Shown in pieces: positions 1-9,600 of a DNA stretch of 64,000 bases. Under the pieces are notes generated by a model. It searched no databases, had not been told where the DNA came from, and saw only the letters and a list, made by a program, of their open reading frames with translations. A program made the position numbers and the translations under genes. Where the stretch lies: NCBI RefSeq assembly GCF_036383055.1, contig NZ_DASVPC010000195.1; one strand, 5' to 3'. Every line of letters begins with the position of its first letter. Within the stretch, counting starts at the first letter, position 1. The DNA comes from Rhizobium sp. GTDB lineage: Bacteria > Pseudomonadota > Alphaproteobacteria > Rhizobiales > Rhizobiaceae.

Positions 1-613
1 TCCACAGAGCGGCCAGATCCTCGTCGACGGCAACGATATTACCAAGGTGACGCGCAAGTCGCTGCGCCGCTACATCGCCACCGTCTTCCAGGATGCCGGC
101 CTGCTGAACCGCTCGATCAGCGACAACATCCGTCTCGGCCGCGAGGGTGCGACCGAGGAAGAGATGATGCGCGCTGCCGAAGCGGCGGCCGCCAACGACT
201 TTATCGAGACGCGCGAAAGCGGCTACGAGACCCGTGTCGGCGAGCGCGGCAACAAGCTTTCCGGTGGCGAGCGCCAACGTATCGCGATTGCCCGCGCCAT
301 CCTCAAGGACGCGCCGATCCTCGTGCTCGATGAGGCAACCAGCGCGCTCGACGTGGAGACGGAGAACAGGGTCAAGGCAGCGATCGACAATCTGCGGCAG
401 AACCGCACGACCTTCATCATCGCTCACCGCCTGTCGACGGTTCGCGAAGCCGATATCGTTCTCTTCCTCGAAAACGGGCGCGTTATCGAGAACGGCAGCT
501 TCAGTGCGCTCAGCCAGAGCAACGGCCGCTTCGCCGCCCTGCTGCGCGCCAGCGGTATCCTGACGGACGAGGAAGTCCGCAAGGCTCATACCACGGAACA
601 CGAAGCCGCCTGA
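1..613 (+). CDS. chvA: Cyclic beta-1,2-glucan exporter ChvA/NdvA, C-terminal ABC ATPase domain (5' end lies outside the window)
   Basis: The frame is open from nt 2 (PQSGQILVDGNDITKV... precedes the GTG used by the ORF track). ABC signature LSGGERQR and Walker B ILVLDEATSALD are present. It lies in the same locus as the giant glucan synthase gene, as in chvA/chvB (ndvA/ndvB) loci. Confidence 0.85.
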   Translation, partial: PQSGQILVDGNDITKVTRKSLRRYIATVFQDAGLLNRSISDNIRLGREGATEEEMMRAAEAAAANDFIETRESGYETRVGERGNKLSGGERQRIAIARAILKDAPILVLDEATSALDVETENRVKAAIDNLRQNRTTFIIAHRLSTVREADIVLFLENGRVIENGSFSALSQSNGRFAALLRASGILTDEEVRKAHTTEHEAA

Positions 614-640
614 TCATTCGCATGGGGCCTGAAAATCGAA

Positions 641-670
641 GCCGGGGGAGCAATGCTTCCCCGGCTTTTT
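641..670 (+). terminator. Rho-independent terminator after chvA
   Basis: GCCGGGG (641-647) pairs with CCCCGGC (659-665) and is followed by TTTTT (666-670), 28 nt after the stop codon. Confidence 0.7.
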
Positions 671-716
671 CGTATCAGCGCCTATGCCCCGGCTAAAATT
701 CCACGGCAGCAACAAG

Positions 717-745
717 AAAGGCCCGGCAGGGAAAACCGGGCCTTT
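717..745. terminator. Hairpin between the convergent chvA and porin genes (possible bidirectional terminator)
   Basis: AAAGGCCCGG (717-726) pairs with CCGGGCCTTT (736-745) around a 9-nt loop. Both strands have T-rich flanks. Confidence 0.5.
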
Positions 746-861
746 CTCCTTCTCTGATCGGAGGTCAAATCGGTCATGACGCCAGCGGAGTTATGACGGG
801 CGTCAAACCGGTTATGATTGGCGTCAAGCCGGGTAGGGCCGGCCTCACGTCGGGGATCAGA

Positions 862-1953
862 TCAGAACTTGCGCTCGAAGCGCAGGGCGCCGGTCCACTG
901 GTCGGTATTGGCGGCGTCGTAACGCATGTAGGTAAGTTCCGGCATGACGACCAGATCCTTGACCGGACGCCAGGCCAGGTTCGTCGTCGCCTGCAGAATG
1001 CCGCTGTCGGTATAGGCGACCATGGTGGTGTTCTGCAGCTTCGGTGTGAAGGTGTAGCTGAAGCCGGTCCAGAAGGCCCAGTCACCCCATCCGCAGTCGG
1101 CGCCATTCTTCGGGCAAGCCGCCGCGTTGGTGTTGAGGAAGGATCCGGCATATTTGTTCAGCTTGTCGCCGTCCGTATTCCAGCCACCCATGAAGAACGG
1201 CTTGAATGCGCCGAAGTCGCCATCGATACGCGCCTTGATGGCACCCTCTTCGACGACGGAATCATAGCCGCCGACGATCCTGAACTGGAACATGCTGCCC
1301 TTGTAGCCGGCACCGGCCACGACGTCCGGAGCGTAGTGATCAGCCTTTCCGGTCTGCCATGCGCCGCGATAGGAAGAGCTATTTGCCGCGGAATTGGAAT
1401 CCTCCAGCGACACCAGCGCGGTAAAGCCATTGCCGGAATCATACTTGTAGGTGAGCTGATTGAGCTCCTTCGGACCTTCGTAGACGACCTCGTCGTTTAT
1501 GAGGCTGGTCGTGTAGCCCATGTACATCGTGTATTGGGAATCGAGCTTGCCGACGGTGAAGCCACCCAGGCTGATATTGGCAAACAGCAGCCGGGCGTTG
1601 GTCGTGCCGCCATCCTGCCAATCCCAACGATAAACGGTGTTGGTCTTGAGCGCACCGTATTCCGTATCGGTCGCGGTATCGAAGGAAAGCTCCGCGCGGG
1701 TATGCCATTGTGTGCCGATGTTGCTTGCCGCGTTCTTCGGATCCTTCCAATAGCCTTCAGTGCGGACCTTGCCGCCGACCTTCAGACAGGTTTCGGTGCC
1801 GGGGATGAAGAAATAGCCCGCGCCAAAAGCGTCGCAAATCCGGACATATTCCAGCGGTTCCGGCTCGGCGGCCACGATGGCGTCAGCCGCCTGCGCTCCC
1901 GAGACGGCAGCCAGGGCGGCGGCGGAACCGAGAAGAAGACTTCTGATATTCAT
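862..1953 (-). CDS. Outer-membrane porin, Rhizobiales Porin_2 family (RopA/Omp2b-like)
   Basis: Signal peptide MNIRSLLLGSAAALAAVSGAQA/AD, a beta-rich Gly/Tyr-rich body and the C-terminal ...RFERKF (terminal Phe typical of OMPs). GGAG lies 7 nt upstream of the ATG. Confidence 0.9.
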   Translation of the reverse strand: MNIRSLLLGSAAALAAVSGAQAADAIVAAEPEPLEYVRICDAFGAGYFFIPGTETCLKVGGKVRTEGYWKDPKNAASNIGTQWHTRAELSFDTATDTEYGALKTNTVYRWDWQDGGTTNARLLFANISLGGFTVGKLDSQYTMYMGYTTSLINDEVVYEGPKELNQLTYKYDSGNGFTALVSLEDSNSAANSSSYRGAWQTGKADHYAPDVVAGAGYKGSMFQFRIVGGYDSVVEEGAIKARIDGDFGAFKPFFMGGWNTDGDKLNKYAGSFLNTNAAACPKNGADCGWGDWAFWTGFSYTFTPKLQNTTMVAYTDSGILQATTNLAWRPVKDLVVMPELTYMRYDAANTDQWTGALRFERKF

Positions 1954-2297
1954 AGATTACTCCAATCCAGTATCGATTGGGCATGAGCGATCGCGCCGGA
2001 CATTCGACGTTCCCTACCCCATTCCCGTTTGACGATCCCCACGATTGCGTCATGCACCCATTCGGGCGCGTGTGGCGCCGGGATGGCGTTACTCCCCGAG
2101 CACCGCCACAGCGTCGATGTAGGCTTTTCGATTTTGCACAACAAGATTTTGAGCAATGGAATTTTCGCGGCAACGCGCCGAAACGCTGCCGCGTTGCAGA
2201 AACATCACGTCACACATCCTTCACGAAAGTGTCGCGAATGAATTTTCGTTGAAAATAAATCCGTTGCCCGTTGCGGCATTGAAGGCCGACGGAGGGA

Positions 2298-3512
2298 TTA
2301 TCGACGCTGCTCGACCCGCAAGGGCACAGGCAGCACAGCCGCTGTCGTCTTGGTGGGACGGTTGCTGGCCGTATCCAGCCGCTTATGCTCGAGATAATAG
2401 GCATAGGCAAACTGCAGGACAATGCCGACGACGACATAGGCGGCACCGACGGCCGGATCCTTCTCGGTAACATAGAGAATGACCTGCCCCGCCATGGCGA
2501 GGATGGTGCCGGCAACGAAGATGCTGAGAGAATGCCGTCCGAGGATCGTCAGTGGATGGTCGGCCGGCCGCCGCAGCAGACGCGACACCGATGGTATGCA
2601 GATGATGAGATAGGCGAGCGCCAGCACATGCAGCAGTCGCGGCAGCGACAGGAACGTCTTGTCGAAACCGGTGATGACCGTGGGCAGGCCGAGCGCGGCC
2701 AGCTGGTCGCCCAGCACCCAGAGCCTGTCGGTGACCCAGATGAAGGATAGCATGACATAGGCAAGCGAAAGCGCGAACAGGATCGGGTTATAGGCAATCC
2801 GGCCGCCGCGTTTTACATGCATGACGGCGACGAAGCCGATGACGAACAGGAACTGCCAGGAAAGCGGGTTCAGGAACCAGAAACCGTCGAGCAGCGTCGT
2901 GTGCGGCGCGATCTGGTAGATGCCGGCCAGCAGCCAGACGCCGCCGGAAACCAGCAGCAGAAACAGCGGGCTTCTCGCCTCCACCACCAGCATCAGCGGC
3001 AGCATCAGGAACAGCGCCCCATACATCGGCAAGATATTATTATAGCCGATCTGATGGCCGAGCAGCAGCAGCGCCTGAATGCCACGCGCCGGATTCATCA
3101 GCACCGCGAGGATGTTCACCTCGCAGAGCAGGCCCACCTGGCGGAAGATCCAGGCGCCGGAGATGAACAGCACCAGCGTGATGAAGGTGGTGATCATATG
3201 CGCCGTATAGAGCGTGAAAGCACGCTTGACCGCCTTCCAGGCGATCAGCAGCCGATTGCCGGGCTTGAACCGCGTGCCGTAGGCGAGACCAACGGAGATG
3301 CCGGAGATCAGTACGAAAGCTTCGGCGCCATCCGAGAAGCCGAAATTTTTCGTCGTCAGATGCTCGAAGAACTGGCCGGGAACATGGTTGATGAAGATCG
3401 TGATCAGGGCCAAGGCCCGCAGAACATCCAGCCTGGTATCACGCCCTGCCGACATTTTCGATAAGCTGCCGGCGCTTCCCGACCGTGTGTCGATACTTGC
3501 CCTGATGTTCAT
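2298..3512 (-). CDS. OpgC-family membrane acyltransferase (putative cyclic-glucan succinyl modifier, Cgm/OpgC-like)
   Basis: Polytopic membrane protein with the N-terminal RLDVLRALALITIFINHVPG motif typical of OpgC-type acyltransferases. Start moved to MNIRAS (AGGAG 6 nt upstream); the track ORF starts at 3533. Confidence 0.7.
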   Translation of the reverse strand: MNIRASIDTRSGSAGSLSKMSAGRDTRLDVLRALALITIFINHVPGQFFEHLTTKNFGFSDGAEAFVLISGISVGLAYGTRFKPGNRLLIAWKAVKRAFTLYTAHMITTFITLVLFISGAWIFRQVGLLCEVNILAVLMNPARGIQALLLLGHQIGYNNILPMYGALFLMLPLMLVVEARSPLFLLLVSGGVWLLAGIYQIAPHTTLLDGFWFLNPLSWQFLFVIGFVAVMHVKRGGRIAYNPILFALSLAYVMLSFIWVTDRLWVLGDQLAALGLPTVITGFDKTFLSLPRLLHVLALAYLIICIPSVSRLLRRPADHPLTILGRHSLSIFVAGTILAMAGQVILYVTEKDPAVGAAYVVVGIVLQFAYAYYLEHKRLDTASNRPTKTTAAVLPVPLRVEQRR

Positions 3513-3604
3513 GAACATCTCCTGTTCCGGCATTCAAATGCGGATAGGGCCAAAGAGTTCCCTCTTTGGCCCTATCGATCAATGCAAAACAGTGCACAAA
3601 AGCG

Positions 3605-6600
3605 TTACTGTTCGATCGGATAGCCCTCGTCGGGATTAGCAAGCGCCCTATCATTCACGGTGACTGAGTATCCGCTGGCATCGGGCGCTTTTGAGACGGA
3701 AATACGGTATTTTCCGCTCGGCAGATCGAGGTCCGCCGCAAAGCCATCCCAGGTCGACGGCAGTGCCGACTTGACGTAGAGGCGACCATTCTTGACGCGG
3801 ATACCGAGAAGGCCCTCGATCGCCACGCGATAGAACCAGCCGGCCGAGCCCGTATACCAGGTCCAGCCGCCGCGGCCGGTCAATTGCCCCTCGCCATAGA
3901 CGTCGGCGGCGATGACATAGGGCTCGACGCGGTAGGTGTCGGCCTGATCGCGATCAAGCGCGTGGTTGACCGGGTTTAGCATCTCGAAGCAATGCCAGGC
4001 ATCGTCGCCGCGGTTCATTTCCGCCAGCGCCATGACCACCCAGGTGGCGGCATGGGTATACTGACCGCCATTTTCGCGGACACCCGGCGGATAGGACTTG
4101 ATGTAGCCCGGATCGCGCGCCGATTTGGAGAAGGGCGGTGTGAACAGCCGGATCATCCGGTTGTCGTCGTCGACCAGCTTTTCGAGAACGGCGTTCATCG
4201 CAGTCTCGCCGCGCTTGGGATCGCCCTCGCCGGAGAGAATGTTCCACGACTGCGCGATCGAATCGATCTGGCATTCGAAATTCTCGCTGGAGCCGAGCGG
4301 GCTGCCGTCGTCGAAATAGCCACGGCGATAATGATTGCCGTCCCAGCCCGCCGTTTCCAGCGACTTGCGCAGTTCGGGCAGATGCTTGGTCCAGCGCTCG
4401 ACGCGCTCCTTGTCGCCCCGCGCTTCCGCATAGGGCAGGAAGGCGGTGAGCGTACCGGCCAAGAACCAGCCGAGCCAGACGCTTTCGCCGCGCCCCTGAA
4501 TGCCGACACGGTTCATGCCGTCGTTCCAGTCACCGCCGAGGATCAGCGGCAGGCCATTGCCGCCCTTGCGCTTGATGGCAAGATCGAGCGCCAAAGCCGC
4601 ATGCTCGTAGACGCTGACCTTATCCTGCGACACGGTCGGCTGGTAGAAGGCGTCGTGCGTGCCAGGCATCAGGGCAGCGCCCTCGACGAAGGCAAGCTCT
4701 TCGTCCAGAAGCGACTTGTCGCCCGTCACCGTGCAATACTGGTTGATGGCATAGGCGAGCCAGACGACATCGTCCGAGATATGCGTACGCACGCCGGCGC
4801 CGCTGCCCGGCAACCACCAATGCTGTACATCGCCTTCGCGGAACTGGCGCTGGGCGGCGTTCACGATCTGCTTGCGCGCAAGCTCCGGTGCATGCATCAG
4901 GAAGGCCAGCGTATCCTGTAGCTGGTCGCGGAAGCCGAAGGCGCCCGAGGCCTGGTAGAAGGCGGTGCGCGCCATGATGCGGCAGCCAAGGCTCTGATAG
5001 GGGAGCCAGGCGTTGATCATGTTGTTCATCGCCTTGTCCGGCGTCGAGATCTGCAGGCGGCCGGTGAAGCCGTCCCAGAAGCCGCGGGTCGCCGACAGCA
5101 CGGCCTCGAAATCCGCCTTGCGGATCTCGGAGACCAATGTGCGCGCCTCTTCAAGAGAGACGGTGTCGCCCATGTAGAAGCAGATATCCTTCTCCTCACC
5201 CGCACCGATGGTCAGGTCGAAGGCAAGCGCCGCACAGGGATCGCCGTCGAGGTCGGTGGAGTTGGAGAGGACGGCGCCGGACACGACGGCTTCCGGCATT
5301 TGCACCGTGCCGTGCCGGCCGATGAATTCGCGGCGGCTGGCCGAGAAGCTCGAATGCGCCTCGCTTGCCGCCATGAAGGCGACCCGCTTGGAATAATCGA
5401 TGCTGTAGGGATTGTTGGCAAACAGCGCGCCGGTCTCCTCGTCCAGCGACGAGAGGATGAAGGGCTTGGTCTTGTGCGGATTGATGCCGAGCACCCATTC
5501 CGCATAATTATAGAGCCGCAGCCGCCGGGTGCCCTTGCCCTTGTTGCTGACGCGCAGGCGGAAGACCTTCACAGGACGCTCACGGTCGACCGTCTGCGTC
5601 AATTCCAGCCCGATGCCGTTCTCTTCGCTCGAGAAGACCGAATAGCCGAGGCCGTGGCGGGCCTCAAACTGCACCTTCGGATTGCGCGACAAGCCAGCAT
5701 AGGGGGTCATCACCGCATTGCTGTCGAGATCGGTCACATAAAGCGCCTCGCCCGGACGGTTGATGACCATGTCGTTGGTCCATGGGGTCAACTGATAGTC
5801 GCGCGAATTGTGGCTCCAGGTGAAACCGCCGCCTTCGGCGGGCACATGAAAGCCGAAGCGCTCATTGGTGATGACGTTGATCCACGGATGCGGCGTCGAC
5901 TGGCCGCCGGCAAGCCGGACGACATATTCACGGCCATTTTCGGCGAAACCGCCATAGCCGTTCCAGAAGTCGAGATCGGCCTGTGCTCCGAGTTCCGTCA
6001 CCGCAAACACCGATTCCTGCGATGCAAGCGCCACGGCACGACGATCGACCGGAGCCTCATCACCCTGAGGCGCCGAGGCGAACAGTGTCGCCGCGCGGGC
6101 GATCTGGTCGACCAGCTTGCCGTTGCGGGCATGGAAGACGACACGAGAGGCGGCGAGGATCTGCTGATAGGTCTCGTTCTCGATCAGATCCTTGCGCACC
6201 GCGAAGATGTGCTGACGCAGCCCATCCCCCTGATTGTGACGGATATGATCGGCAAGCGCATCCAGCTGATGCTGCATCGCCTGCGCATGCTCGGCGGCGC
6301 ATTCGTTCAGGATCACCAGATCGGCGGCGATACCGCGCGAGCGCAGATACTCCCCGGCACTCAGCGCTTCCTTGGCGATTTCGATGTCGATTTCGTCGTT
6401 GATGCGCAGCGTGAAGATCGGGAAATCGCCCGAGATGGTCACCGGCCAGAGCGCCGACTGCGAATGTAGGCCGGCAAGGACGGTGGCGCTGTCGGCGCGC
6501 AGATGCATGTCGGGATAGACGAGGTAGCGGGCGAGCTTCTGGAAGGCGGCCGCCTGCTGCGAGGAGACGCCGACATGGCGCATCTGCATCTGCGTGCGCG

Positions 6601-9600
6601 TCCAGGCCTGCGTCAGCTCGACCCCGAAGGCATCCGGATTACGGTAGCGATCGACCGCCTTGTCGACCTCTTCGCGGTTCGGCGCGGCGATCGTCCAGAA
6701 GATCACGCTGACTTTCTTGCCGGCCGGCACGCGCACGACGCGGCGCAGCGACAGGCAGGCATCCATGGTGAAGCCTTGCGTGCCCGAAAGCGTCGCGCCC
6801 GGATCGAAGGCGGCGGCTTCGGCAAGCGTGCGGCCACGGCCGAGGAACTTGCGGCGGTCCGTCTCGAATTCCGTCGGACGCTCCGAGCCGGCATTGTCGA
6901 CGACCAGATGCGCGATCGCCATGTCCGGCTCGTTATATTCGCGCTTGTTGCGCTCGGCACGAAGCACGTCGCCGCTGCTACCGACTTCGGTGCGAACGAA
7001 CATGCGTGCGAAGACCGGATGGCCGGAATCGACGTCGTCGCTGGCAATCGCCGGTTCGAGATAGGAGGTCACTTCGATGAAGCGGTCTTCCGACCCCATG
7101 TTGAGCAGCGTGACACGGCGGCCTTCGGCATCGTTTTCGGTGGCGACGATGCACTCGACCTCACTTGTGAAATCACCGATGGTCTTGCTGTATTCCGCCT
7201 TTTCGTCGCTGAAGGCGACCTTGACCTTTTCGCCTTCGATGCTGCGCGGCTCGGCAGTCGCCGACCACCACTGGCCGGATGCGGTATCGCGCAGGAAGAT
7301 GAAGGTGCCCCAGCGGTCTTCCGTCGGATCGGGCCGCCAGCGCGACACGGACAGGCCGTTCCAACGCGAATAGCCCGCGCCGGTCGCCGTCAGCATGACG
7401 GAGTAATGGCCGTTGGAGAGGAAGGCGAGTTCGCGATCCTGCGTGACCGGATCGGCGATCTTGCGGATCTCCGGACGCAGCATGTCTTCCTGGATATTGG
7501 CCGGCTGGTCGCTCTCGTGCTTGGCGGCCATGACCGGGATATCGCGCGGCGCCTTTTCCTGCAGCAGCAGTTCGGCCGCTTCGATCACCGGATCGGCGTG
7601 GAAGAGTTCGCGCAGACGGCCGTTGAAGGCGACGTTGGCAATAGCCGCAATCGACATGCCATGGTGGTGGGCATAGTAGTTGAAGACCACCGCGCATTTC
7701 TTGCCTTCGGGAACGCGGGTCGGCGTGAAGTCGACGGCATCATGGAAACCATAGATACCGAGAGCGCCGACCTTGCGCAGCTTCTGCAGGTTTTCAAGCG
7801 CCGCTTCCGGCCGGTACTGGCTGGCGAGGATGGAGGCATAGGGCGCGATGACGGCATTCTGGCCGAGGCCGCGCTTCAGGCCGAGCGAGGGCACACCGAA
7901 GTTGGTGTACTGATATTGCATCTGATGGTCGCGGGCGTTGAACGCCGCTTCCGAAATGCCCCAGGGGATGCCGGCGCCGAGACGCTTGGCATAGTTCATC
8001 TGCTCCTGGACGATCAGATTGTTGGTCTGGTTGAGAATACCGCCCTGACGCTCCTGCATGACGAGCGGCGGCATCAGATATTCGAACATCGAGCCGGACC
8101 AGGAGACCAGCGCACCGCGCGAGCCCACCGGCACGACCTGGCGACCGAGGCGATACCAATGCTCCGTCGGCAGGTCGCCCTTGGCGATGGCGAACAGGCT
8201 GGTGAGGCGGGCTTCCGACGCCAGCAAGTCGTAGCAGGCGGCATCGAGCTCGTTGGTTTCCACGCGGAAGCCGATGGAGAGCAGGCGCCGTTCCGGACGA
8301 TAGAGGAAGGCGAATTCCATGCCGAAGGCGGTTTCGCGCATGCGGTCGCGCAGCTTCGCCAGGCGCTGGCGCAATGCGTCGACATTGGCAAGATCGAAGA
8401 CGCTGTCGGCAATATGACCTTCGCAGACCTTCACCAGCGATTGCGACCAGGTGAGTACCTCGCCGCTCTGCGGCGATTTGACCTCGTGGTCGAGGTTGGC
8501 GGCAAGCTTCTGGATGTCATGCGCCAGAACCGAAAGGTTGATGATGCGGATCGAGGCGAACTCATGCTCGCGCTTGACCGCCGCCAGCGCGTTCTGGAAG
8601 CCGACGATACGCTCTTCCAGGCGATGACGCAGCGGGCGCACGGTCTTACGGTCATCCGGAAGCTCGGCGAGTATTTCGCCGAGGATGCCGGCGACATCGC
8701 CGACGCCGTCGAGATTGCCCTGCATATGCGCGGAAGGGGCTTCCGCCCAGATGCGGCAGGCAGAGGACACGGCAAGCAAGTGACCGGCGAAATTGCCGCT
8801 ATCGACCGCCGAGACATAGCGCGCGCCCATCGGCTTTAGCGTGTCCGTATGGTACCAGTTGCAGAGATGGCCACGGAATTTTTCGAGCTTCTCGACCGTC
8901 GCCATGGTCTTTTCCATGCGATCGATGGTTTCCTCGAAGGAAATCCAGCCGAAATGGCGGGCGGAGATGATCGAGAGCAGGTAGACGCCGATATTGGTCG
9001 GCGAGGTGCGCGAGGCCACGACCGGATGCGGCGTCTGCTGCACATTGTCCGGCGGCAGGTGGTTCTGCTGCTCGACCACGAAGGTGTCGAAATAGCGCCA
9101 GGTGCGCCGCGCGATCTTGCGCAGTTCCGACGAGACGCTTTCCGGTACTTCAAGCTTGTCTTCGGTTTCCGCCGACTGGCTGACATACCAGGCGATCGCC
9201 GGCGACAGGACCCAGAGCAGCGCAAAGGGAATGCCGACGAGGAAGGCATTGTCGCCCGACAGCGACGCGAAGGCGAGCGCCAGCAGGGCCAGCACCGGCG
9301 CATGCCACATGACGCGGTAGTGGCCGAGAATGGTGGTCTGCGCCGCGGCCTGGGCGCTGGCGGCGGTGCGCCATTGCAGCATCAGCTTGCGGCTGACGAA
9401 GGCGCGGTAGAGCGAACGGCCGATGGCGTCGGCCATGACGCAGGCGCTGTCGGCAATGAAGACGATGCGCAGCGCCACTTGCGCGTTGGCGGCGCGGATA
9501 TCCGTCCAGACCGTATAGAGATGGGCGCGGGCGATGATATCGCTGGTGCGCGGGATGATGCCGTTGATGAGCGACAGCGTCGGTGCCACGAACAGGCAGA